Source of the DNA: a virus
Taxonomy: Duplodnaviria; Caudoviricetes
Virus record (IMG/VR): IMGVR_UViG_3300036830_000174
Span: 1-54,122 of that record
Length of the DNA stretch: 54,122 nucleotides
Direction: 5' to 3' (one strand)
The notes under the pieces: model-generated
Database searches by the model: none
What the model saw: only the letters and a program-made list of their open reading frames with translations
What the model was told of the DNA's origin: nothing
Program-made: the position numbers and the translations under genes
Shown here: in pieces, positions 8,044 to 15,762 of the stretch
How positions within the stretch are numbered: the first letter of the stretch is position 1
Layout of the letters: each line of letters opens with the position of its first letter

Positions 8044-8898
8044 ATGCCGGTAAAGACGCCCCCCCCCGTAAGGTCAGATGACGGCTGGTCAGTCCCGAGC
8101 CTGCGCGAGCCGCGTTACTCGCAGTCGCTCGAGCGTGGCCTCGCCATTCTCAGTTGCTTTACGCCCAAGCGGCCAGTGCTGGGCATCGCCGACATCGCCG
8201 ACGAGCTCGGCATGAGCCGCTCGACGACGCATCGCTACGTGATCACGCTGCTCGCGCTCGGCTACCTCGAGCAGGGCGCCTCGCGCAAGTACCGGCTTGG
8301 CCTCAAGGTGACGGACCTCGGCATGTCGGCACTGAACGCGACCGGCCTGCGCGAGCACGCCGACCCGCATCTCGAGGAGCTTCGCCGGCGCACGTCCTAC
8401 ACGGTCGGCATCGGTGTGCTGGAGGGACACGACCTGCTCGTCGTCCACCAGGCCGCGAGCTTCCGCCGCGGGATCAACTCGTCGCTGCGCACGGGCTCGC
8501 GCGCGCCGGCCTACGCCACCGCCGGCGGCAAGATGCTGATGGCGCATCTGCCCGACCATGAGCGCGCCGAGATGCTGCGCGCGATGAAGCCGAAGCGCCA
8601 CGGCCCGAACACGATCCTCGGCAAGAAATCACTCGCCGACGAGCTCGACGGGCTGCGCGACGAGAGCGTCGCCGTGGACGACGAAGAGCACGCCGAGGGC
8701 GTCCTGATGCTCGCCGCGCCGGTGCGCAACGAGGCGCGCGTCGTGGTCGCGGCGATCGACGTCGTCGTGCCGTCCTCGGCGATGAGCGTCGGCAGCCTCG
8801 TGGACGCGCTGGGCCCGCACGTGATCGCGACCGCCGACAACGTCTCGGCTCGGCTCGGCTTCCGCCGTGACGACGAGACAGCCGAGACGTCCGCATGA
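8044..8898 (+). CDS. IclR-family transcriptional regulator (PcaR/PobR-like)
   Basis: SQSLERGLAIL HTH, GMSRSTTHRY..TL..LGYL, G.RAPAYATAGGK, DEEH.EGV..LAAPVR effector domain. Confidence 0.92.
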   Translation: MPVKTPPPVRSDDGWSVPSLREPRYSQSLERGLAILSCFTPKRPVLGIADIADELGMSRSTTHRYVITLLALGYLEQGASRKYRLGLKVTDLGMSALNATGLREHADPHLEELRRRTSYTVGIGVLEGHDLLVVHQAASFRRGINSSLRTGSRAPAYATAGGKMLMAHLPDHERAEMLRAMKPKRHGPNTILGKKSLADELDGLRDESVAVDDEEHAEGVLMLAAPVRNEARVVVAAIDVVVPSSAMSVGSLVDALGPHVIATADNVSARLGFRRDDETAETSA

Positions 8899-9266
8899 GC
8901 GTCTCGGCGATCGTCCCCGCCGTCTGCGTCGTGCTCGCCTTCGCCTACGTGCTGAGGACCTACGTGCTGACGCGTCGCAGCGACCAGAAGGAGACGCCGG
9001 CGCGCGTCGTCCGCCACGTGCCGATGACCGAACGCGAGCTCGCGCGCCTGCGCTGGCCGTGGGAGGTTGACGAGCGCGAACTCGGCTGGGCGCCCGTGCG
9101 CGTCTCGTCGCTCGCCGAGTTCGAGGCGCTGTTCGCTGCGCCGCGCGAGACGACGAAGGAACGCGAGTTCCGCGGGCGCGTCGAACGCAAGCAGTCGATG
9201 TTCGCCGAGGCGTGGGGCGACGTGCTCCGCGTCGCCGACTCGATGGTGCCGGGAGGTGTTCGCTGA
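8895..9266 (+). CDS. Membrane-anchored hypothetical protein
   Basis: N-terminal TM helix; ATGA overlap. Confidence 0.6.
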   Translation: MSVSAIVPAVCVVLAFAYVLRTYVLTRRSDQKETPARVVRHVPMTERELARLRWPWEVDERELGWAPVRVSSLAEFEALFAAPRETTKEREFRGRVERKQSMFAEAWGDVLRVADSMVPGGVR

Positions 9267-9499
9267 TGGCCGGCCTGGACATGGCAGCCGCTGGGCGCGC
9301 GGCCGCCGAGAGCATGGAGGCGATCGAAGACCCGGCTGTGCAGGAGGCGCTCAGTCTGCTCGCCGAGGCGCAGGTCATGGCGATGCTCGCGCTGCTGCGC
9401 AAGGGCCTCAAGCCCGAGGCCGTCGCGTCGTATCTCGGCGGGCAGATGGCGGCGACGCAGTTCACGGTGCTGGCTCCCCACGCGACGCGCGACTCGTGA
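9266..9499 (+). CDS. Hypothetical protein
   Basis: GGAGG RBS, TGATG overlap. Confidence 0.6.
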   Translation: MAGLDMAAAGRAAAESMEAIEDPAVQEALSLLAEAQVMAMLALLRKGLKPEAVASYLGGQMAATQFTVLAPHATRDS

Positions 9500-9858
9500 T
9501 GCAGGACGAGCTCAGACGGTTCGCGCGCCGCGTCGCCGAGCAGTTGCGCAGCCCGCCGACGATCGACACGCGCTCGCCGGAGAAACGGCTCATCGACGCG
9601 GCGCTCGAGCACATACGCGACCACTACGGCGAGGCGCTCGCTGCGCGTGCACGCCGGGCCCGCGACGAATACCGCCGCGCGCACCCGCGCGAACGCCCGA
9701 CGGCGGCTGACCTGCACCGTGCCAGCCAAGCCGCCGAGCGCCGCACGCAGGACATCGAGGTCGGCGACGTCGGCTTCTTCGGCGACACGAGCGAGTGGCG
9801 CGTCAAGGAGTCGCGCGCCGCCGGCGAGGGGCGCTATGTGCTTGTGGTCGAGCGATGA
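9499..9858 (+). CDS. Hypothetical protein
   Basis: TGATG overlap. Confidence 0.6.
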   Translation: MQDELRRFARRVAEQLRSPPTIDTRSPEKRLIDAALEHIRDHYGEALAARARRARDEYRRAHPRERPTAADLHRASQAAERRTQDIEVGDVGFFGDTSEWRVKESRAAGEGRYVLVVER

Positions 9859-10043
9859 AGGTCTACATCGTGGAGGTTGGCGTCCACGCCGAACGCGACA
9901 TCGCCGGGGTCTATCCGTCGAGCGACGCGGCCATGCGTGCCTATCCCCGCGAAGCCTGGCGGAATGTGGGCGAGGACGAATGGAATAACGTCCGCAACAC
10001 GGGTGACGCGCTATCGATCACCGGCTACACGGTCGAGCGATGA
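9855..10043 (+). CDS. Hypothetical protein flanked by 13-bp direct repeats
   Basis: MKVYIV..G......IAGVY.S...A motif; ATGA overlaps. Confidence 0.65.
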   Translation: MKVYIVEVGVHAERDIAGVYPSSDAAMRAYPREAWRNVGEDEWNNVRNTGDALSITGYTVER

Positions 10044-10312
10044 GCGTGCGCCTCGCCGTCGCCGATGTCGCGCGGGAGTTGACCACGGGTGGCCGTGTTC
10101 GGACGTCGGACGGCCGCGTGATCGGCACGCGCTGGCTCGGCCGCCGGATGGTCGAGCACTGGCACGCCGGGGCCGACGTGATCGAGCCGCCGGACGTCCT
10201 CGACTTCGCCGAGGTGCGCATCGCCTCGTCGCCGTTCCTCGACGAGCTCCACAAAGCATGGCCGCGCGCGAGCATCGAGAACGACGCCGGTCGCCTGCGC
10301 GGCACCATATGA
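10040..10312 (+). CDS. Hypothetical protein
   Basis: ATGA overlap. Confidence 0.6.
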   Translation: MSVRLAVADVARELTTGGRVRTSDGRVIGTRWLGRRMVEHWHAGADVIEPPDVLDFAEVRIASSPFLDELHKAWPRASIENDAGRLRGTI

Positions 10313-10458
10313 GTCTGCGCGTCATCGAAGCGACCTACAGCTCACGCTGCGGACTCTGTGATGACGTGATCAAGGACGGCGACGACATCGTCCAACTGTC
10401 CGGCGAGTGGGTGCACGCGGATTGCGCCGAGGACGAGGGCGCCGAGGTCGATCGGTGA
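10309..10458 (+). CDS. Small zinc-finger protein (CxxC...HxxC)
   Basis: ATYSSRCGLCDDVIKDGD..WVHADC. Confidence 0.6.
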   Translation: MSLRVIEATYSSRCGLCDDVIKDGDDIVQLSGEWVHADCAEDEGAEVDR

Positions 10459-10715
10459 GCCGCGGATCGGGCCCGTGGTACGAGGTCACGATCAACGCGC
10501 ACGACGTGCCGCCGCGCTACCGGATCGAGGCGCAGACGCATCAACTGCCCGCGCACAGCGAGAAGGCCGCGCGCGCAGCGGCGTGCCGGCGCGCGCATAT
10601 CGCGACGCGGATGCCGCCGTGGAAGCCCTACCTGCGCGTCACCTACCGGCACTCGAGCGCGCGCATCCTGCAGGTCAAGACCGACTGGAAGGGCGACGTG
10701 ACGCTGCCGAGCTAG
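10455..10715 (+). CDS. Hypothetical basic protein
   Basis: GTGA overlap, GAGG RBS. Confidence 0.55.
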   Translation: MSRGSGPWYEVTINAHDVPPRYRIEAQTHQLPAHSEKAARAAACRRAHIATRMPPWKPYLRVTYRHSSARILQVKTDWKGDVTLPS

Positions 10716-10969
10716 TCGCCGAACGCGGGATGCTCGTAGTGCCGCTTGTGCCTGCGACAGACCGGATGGCCGTGCGCAGGGTCGGCGTGGCCCTTGCGCC
10801 AGCAGCCCTTCTCGATGCAGTTGATGTGGTGCCACCACGCGATGATGCCGACGACGAGCGTCACCTCACCGAAGTCCGAGCCGATCCCCGACCAGAACTG
10901 GTAGCCGTCGTTGTGCAGCGGGTCGAGCGGTGTCTTGAGCGCGACCAGGACGGAGAGCAGGAGGTGCAT
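10712..10969 (-). CDS. Small membrane protein with Cys/His-rich C-terminus
   Basis: YQFWSGIGSD + TM + NC...GCWR.G....CRRH; good codon bias on minus strand. Confidence 0.7.
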   Translation of the reverse strand: MHLLLSVLVALKTPLDPLHNDGYQFWSGIGSDFGEVTLVVGIIAWWHHINCIEKGCWRKGHADPAHGHPVCRRHKRHYEHPAFGD

Positions 10970-11048
10970 CGCTGCGCGCGATGTTGGCGCGCGCGCCGGA
11001 CGCGACTGCGCGCTGACCTATCCTGCGAGACGTGACTCGGAGCGGGAG

Positions 11049-11528
11049 ATGAGCAGCGTCGCCGCGGATCCGCGCGCCGAACTCGAGCGGCTCGTGGCGC
11101 AGGGCTGCCAATGCCCGCACGGTCGACTCGTCCACGGCGCGACGCTGCTCGACGGCAAGGTCATCTGCGGCGTGATGGAGGCCGACCACGCGCGCGCCGA
11201 TCGCATCCTCGAGGGCGCGCCGATCGGCGTCGTGCTCTCGATGCATGAGGACCCCTCGATGGTGTTCGGCTTCTGCCTCGGCGACGACGCGCCGGCCACG
11301 AACGCGGACGAACAACGTGGCGGCCGGATCCCGCGTCACTACACCGCCTGCCCGATCTACGCCGCGGACAAGGACATCGAGGAAGCGAGCAAGCGCCTGT
11401 TCGGCGAGCTGGCGACAGGAGACGACCGCCTGCCGCAGAATGAGCACGGTGAACCGATCCTGCAGGAGGAACCCGTGACCGATGACGAGTTCGCATGGCT
11501 AAAAAATCCTGATGCGGTGCTGCAATGA
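11049..11528 (+). CDS. Hypothetical protein
   Basis: GGGAG RBS; TATCCT -10 at 11019-11024. Confidence 0.65.
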   Translation: MSSVAADPRAELERLVAQGCQCPHGRLVHGATLLDGKVICGVMEADHARADRILEGAPIGVVLSMHEDPSMVFGFCLGDDAPATNADEQRGGRIPRHYTACPIYAADKDIEEASKRLFGELATGDDRLPQNEHGEPILQEEPVTDDEFAWLKNPDAVLQ

Positions 11529-11662
11529 TCCGCATTGGTGACGTGATGGTTCTGCGTGCATCAAGCCGCGAGTACGGACCCCGCGACTCGTTGTACATGA
11601 TCGTGCGCGACTTCCGGCGAGTCCTGCTGCGCTTCAAGCTACCGGGCTTTCTACACCGATGA
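11525..11662 (+). CDS. Small hypothetical protein
   Basis: ATGA overlaps at both ends. Confidence 0.4.
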   Translation: MIRIGDVMVLRASSREYGPRDSLYMIVRDFRRVLLRFKLPGFLHR

Positions 11663-11976
11663 TCCTCGCGTCGGTCACGGAACAGGTACTCGTCGTCACG
11701 GTGCCATCTGTTATCGGCTCGCTCATCGCTGGGGCCTGCGCGGTGTGGGCAGCAAAAATCGGACTCGCTAACCGTGCGAGCCTGCACGAGGTCAAGCGCA
11801 AAGTGACGACGCCCGGTAAGGGCACGCTCGGCCAGAAGCTGCAGGCGGTCGCCGAGGTGCCGCGCTACGGCAAGCCCTCGCCAGCGATCGCCGTCGAAGC
11901 CGACGTGCGTGCGCGTCGCGACGGGCTAGACGCGCCGCCGCAGCCGCTCGCCGACCGGGACCTGCCGCATGGCTAG
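11659..11976 (+). CDS. Membrane protein (single TM)
   Basis: Hydrophobic VLVVTVPSVIGSLIAGACAVWAA. Confidence 0.55.
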   Translation: MILASVTEQVLVVTVPSVIGSLIAGACAVWAAKIGLANRASLHEVKRKVTTPGKGTLGQKLQAVAEVPRYGKPSPAIAVEADVRARRDGLDAPPQPLADRDLPHG

Positions 11977-14176
11977 GTCCTCGGTCAAAGACCGCGTCGT
12001 CTCCCGCGTTCGCGAGACCGTCGAGGACTACACCGGCGTCACCGTCGCCGACGTCAAAGAGGTCGGCGCGCTGCGCGAGAGTGCCGTGCAGTTGGAGATG
12101 TGGCGGGAGGAGGCGATGGAGCTCGCGTACTGGGCGATGGACTACTTCTCCGGGCGCCCGCAGGAGATGCGCCCCGAGCGACGCAACCGCTTGGCGCAGC
12201 GCTCGCGCATCGCGCAGATGCAGGACCCGCTCGCCGGCGCTGAGGCGCAGCTGCTCGCGAACTTCTCCTTCGGCCGCGGCATCGGACGCCCGCAGGCGAT
12301 TCATCCCGCCGTGCAGGCCGTGATCGACGAGGCGTGGGAGAACCCCGTCAACCTCGAGAAGCTCACGAGCTACGAGGCGCAGCGCCATCGCTCGAACGAG
12401 ATGATCGCGCAGGCGAACCTCTACCCGACCGCGTTCGTGCGCAACGGCAAGGTCCGCGTCGGCTTCCTCGACGCCGACCAGGTCCCGCACATCGTCTGCG
12501 ACCCCGAGGACGACGAGCGCCCGCTGTGGTTCGTGACGCGCAAGTACGAAGTCGGCTGGGACTTCGAGAGCGATCGCCCACTCGCGGCCTCGGCGATGGG
12601 CGGCAAGGGCGGCAGCTTCATGACGCCGCAGATCGTCTACTACCCGCACTGGCAGAACGTCACCGACGCGATGCGCGAGCGCGTCAAGAACGGTGAGGAA
12701 GAGCTAGAGCTCCCGCCGGCGAAGAAGATCGGCGGCGGCTACGTCGCGCACTTCCGCATCAACCGGATCGGCCGCACGCAGTACGGGACGCCGCCGTGGG
12801 CCCGGACGCTGCGCTTCTACTCGGCGATGAACTCGCTGACCGAGGCGCACGTCGCGATGGCGCAGGCGCGCAGCTCGTTCATCGCCAAGCGCGTGAGCAA
12901 AGGCACGCCCGAGCAGATTCAGCGGATGGCGAACTCGATGCTGAGCATGGGCGGCGAGATAGGCGCCGCCCGCTTCGGCGAGAACCCCGGCATGATGGAC
13001 GGCCCGACCGGCTTCGGCGGCGGCTTCGGACCGGAGGCAGGCTTCGACCCGCGCTTCTCACCGCCGATGGCTGGCTCGGTCTGGCACGAGAACGAGTCCT
13101 CGACGCTCACGAGCCTGCAACTGAGCAGCGGTGCCAGCGAAGCCGAGCAGAGCGCGCAGGTCGTGCGCGCGCCGATCGCCGGCGCGGCGCAGTTCGGCCA
13201 GCACTACTTCGGCGACGCGAGCAACGGCAACCTCGCGTCGAACACCTCCCTCGAGCTGCCCGCGCTGATGAACGTGCAGGCGTGGCAGCAGACCTTCGAG
13301 GACCTGCTGCGGTGGTTCACCGACATGGCGATCGAGGCGGCCGTGCGCAACGGCGACCTCGGCGGCCAGGCGACGCCCGACGAAGACGAAGAAGACGACA
13401 TTCGCTTCGAGGTGCCCGACATCTCAGACCCGTCGCTCGCCGAGGGCGAGGACGCCAAGGACCCCGAACAGGTCCTGCGCGAGTGGGAGGACGAGACCTA
13501 CCGGCGCACGCGAGCTCGGCTGCGCGCCGGCGAGCGCCGCAAGATGCCGCTGCACACGCTGCGACTGCGCGAGGACCAGCAGGAGATTGAACGGCGCACG
13601 GGCATCGACCTCTCCTACACGTTCACGATGCCCTATCCCGGCCGGCGCAACCTGCCCGACGTGCTCGCCGCAGTGAACACGGTCGCGCTGAGCTATGACC
13701 CGATGGGCCAGAACATTCCGCTGCGCCGCTCCCTGCTGTTGTTCCTCGCCTCGCAGGGCCTCGAAGTGGACGACCCCGCACGTTGGGTTGACGAGGTGCT
13801 GCCGAAGAACACGAAACCACCGCCGATGATGCCCGGCGCACCTCCCGGCGTCGCTGCGCAGGCACTCGCCCCACAGCTGCGGCCCGAGCGACAGATCGGC
13901 GACCCTAAAAAGGATGCGTCGCAGTCCTTCAACGCGCTCGGCCGGATGAGTCCGAACGACGAGATGGGCGAGGCGATGGTCTACGCGCTCGGAGGGCCCG
14001 CCGGCGTCGAACGCCTGCGCGAGTCCTACGCCATGCAGCAGGTCGGTGCCGCGCTCGCGCGTCTCAGCGAGAACCGCTGGGACCAGCCGGCCGTCGATCG
14101 CGCGGTCGAGGATCTTCTCGCGCCGGCGGCTACGCCCGCGAACGGGAACGGGGCTAGTGGCGGCTCCGGCGAGTAG
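11969..14176 (+). CDS. Portal protein
   Basis: 735 aa first head gene; DPLA...ANFSFGRG, HFRINR.GRTQYG.P, QHYFGDASNGNLAS..SLELP motifs; precedes MuF-like gene. Confidence 0.8.
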   Translation: MARSSVKDRVVSRVRETVEDYTGVTVADVKEVGALRESAVQLEMWREEAMELAYWAMDYFSGRPQEMRPERRNRLAQRSRIAQMQDPLAGAEAQLLANFSFGRGIGRPQAIHPAVQAVIDEAWENPVNLEKLTSYEAQRHRSNEMIAQANLYPTAFVRNGKVRVGFLDADQVPHIVCDPEDDERPLWFVTRKYEVGWDFESDRPLAASAMGGKGGSFMTPQIVYYPHWQNVTDAMRERVKNGEEELELPPAKKIGGGYVAHFRINRIGRTQYGTPPWARTLRFYSAMNSLTEAHVAMAQARSSFIAKRVSKGTPEQIQRMANSMLSMGGEIGAARFGENPGMMDGPTGFGGGFGPEAGFDPRFSPPMAGSVWHENESSTLTSLQLSSGASEAEQSAQVVRAPIAGAAQFGQHYFGDASNGNLASNTSLELPALMNVQAWQQTFEDLLRWFTDMAIEAAVRNGDLGGQATPDEDEEDDIRFEVPDISDPSLAEGEDAKDPEQVLREWEDETYRRTRARLRAGERRKMPLHTLRLREDQQEIERRTGIDLSYTFTMPYPGRRNLPDVLAAVNTVALSYDPMGQNIPLRRSLLLFLASQGLEVDDPARWVDEVLPKNTKPPPMMPGAPPGVAAQALAPQLRPERQIGDPKKDASQSFNALGRMSPNDEMGEAMVYALGGPAGVERLRESYAMQQVGAALARLSENRWDQPAVDRAVEDLLAPAATPANGNGASGGSGE

Positions 14177-14873
14177 CGCTCCCCCCCGCGAAGAACAGCA
14201 GCAGCGACGAGAACGTCGCGCGCCCGCCGTCCCTCCCACGCCTGCGCCACCGCTGCCGCCGACCGCCGGCGGGATCGCCGCGACGGCCGCGACGCTCGCT
14301 CTGATCGACGGCTTCAACCGTCGCAGCGGCACCGACAACGCCGGATGGCTGCGCGCCTACTCGCGCGCGCATCTGCCGCAGGAAGCCGCGCTCGAGCTGC
14401 AAGCCGACGAGGCCGCGCGCGAGCTCGCGTTCTCGCGCAACTCGCGCCAGCGCGTGCAGGAAGGGCTCGCGAAGGTGCTGCCCGTCGAGGATCCCGAGCT
14501 ACGTCGCGCCGCGCTGCAGGCGCTGCTCGGCCGCGAGCGCCAGTATGCCGTGCTGCGCTCGCAGGCGGTCGCCGTGCGCGCGGCCGCGCTGCGCAACTTC
14601 GTCGACGTGCAGGAGGTCTCGCCACAGGGCGCGCTGTGGATGCTGAACCCGCTCGTCACACAGCACACGCCCGACTGCATCGCGCTCTCTGGCCGCTTCT
14701 GGCCGTGGGCTGTGCTGGCGAAGATTCGTCCGCCGCGACACGGCGGCTGCCGCTGCTACCTGCTCGCCGCCGCTGGCGCGATCCGTCGCGGGCTGTGGAA
14801 CGGAGTCGTGCCGAGCGAGGATGAGGCGTGGGCGTTGCTCGCGCAGTTGCTACCCGAAGACGACGAGCACTAG
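14157..14873 (+). CDS. MuF/gp7-like minor head protein
   Basis: HTPDCIALSG...PPRHGGCRC motif directly after portal. Confidence 0.7.
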   Translation: MAAPASSAPPREEQQQRRERRAPAVPPTPAPPLPPTAGGIAATAATLALIDGFNRRSGTDNAGWLRAYSRAHLPQEAALELQADEAARELAFSRNSRQRVQEGLAKVLPVEDPELRRAALQALLGRERQYAVLRSQAVAVRAAALRNFVDVQEVSPQGALWMLNPLVTQHTPDCIALSGRFWPWAVLAKIRPPRHGGCRCYLLAAAGAIRRGLWNGVVPSEDEAWALLAQLLPEDDEH

Positions 14874-14882
14874 GAGGCCGAC

Positions 14883-15209
14883 GTGGAGGCACAGAAACCG
14901 AGCATCGGACGCATCGTGACGTACCGCTCGAAGACCGGCGACTACGACCTGCCGGCGATCATCACCGGCACGCGGGAGACGATGTCCTCCGTTGGCCTGG
15001 CGCGCGCTGACAGCGAGGAGGGCCAGCGCCTGATCCTGAGCACCGAGACGCACGTTCACCTGCATGTGTTCACGCCGGGCGCGCAGGGCTCCTACCAGGA
15101 GCACGACGTGCCGATGCACCCGGCGACGCTCGCTGAGCACATCGGCGTGCGCCGCGAGACGCGGGCGCAGCCGGAGCCGCGCACCTGGCGCTGGCCGGAG
15201 CGTGTGTGA
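14883..15209 (+). CDS. Hypothetical protein
   Basis: AGGAGG RBS; PSIGRIV.Y...PAIIT...VHLHVF...TWRWPERV, a recurrent small phage protein pattern. Confidence 0.75.
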   Translation: MEAQKPSIGRIVTYRSKTGDYDLPAIITGTRETMSSVGLARADSEEGQRLILSTETHVHLHVFTPGAQGSYQEHDVPMHPATLAEHIGVRRETRAQPEPRTWRWPERV

Positions 15210-15412
15210 TGGCGGATGACATCACGATCGACTTGCGAGGCTGCACTCGCTGCCACGGAGAAGGGCATCCGAGGATCACGTTTCGGCCACTGACATTCCC
15301 AGTTCGTCGCGACGAGACAACCGTCTACACGCATTGGGCTGCGTGCCCAACGAACGGTGAGCCGATCATGATGCTTAGGTCGCCGTCACACGACCGCGCA
15401 CTCGTACGCTGA
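15209..15412 (+). CDS. Small Zn-binding hypothetical protein
   Basis: CTRC..H...WAACP; TGATG overlaps. Confidence 0.6.
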   Translation: MADDITIDLRGCTRCHGEGHPRITFRPLTFPVRRDETTVYTHWAACPTNGEPIMMLRSPSHDRALVR

Positions 15413-15762
15413 TGGCCGCGCATCGACGCTACCCGACGCCGGCCGAGCAGTTCGTGCAGCTCGCCCGCGCCGCGCGCGAACAGGGGATGAGATTCGAGCA
15501 GTTCTGGACGGAGGTTGTCTTCCCGACGTGGCCGAACGGTCAGCGGCGCCTGATCGTCTGGCGCACAGCCGACGCGCCAGAGACGATGGTGCGATGGCCG
15601 AACGACGGAGAGGAGCGCGGCTACTGGGAGTTCGGGATCAAGGAGACGAAGGACGTCTGGCAGGAGGCGTATGAGCAGACGCAGACGCGGCTCGGCGACG
15701 CGATGCGCTCGCTCGCGCCGAACGGTTTGGGTGCGCGCGAGGCGCTACCGTCTGCTGCGTGA
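15412..15762 (+). CDS. Hypothetical protein
   Basis: TGATG overlap. Confidence 0.6.
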   Translation: MAAHRRYPTPAEQFVQLARAAREQGMRFEQFWTEVVFPTWPNGQRRLIVWRTADAPETMVRWPNDGEERGYWEFGIKETKDVWQEAYEQTQTRLGDAMRSLAPNGLGAREALPSAA

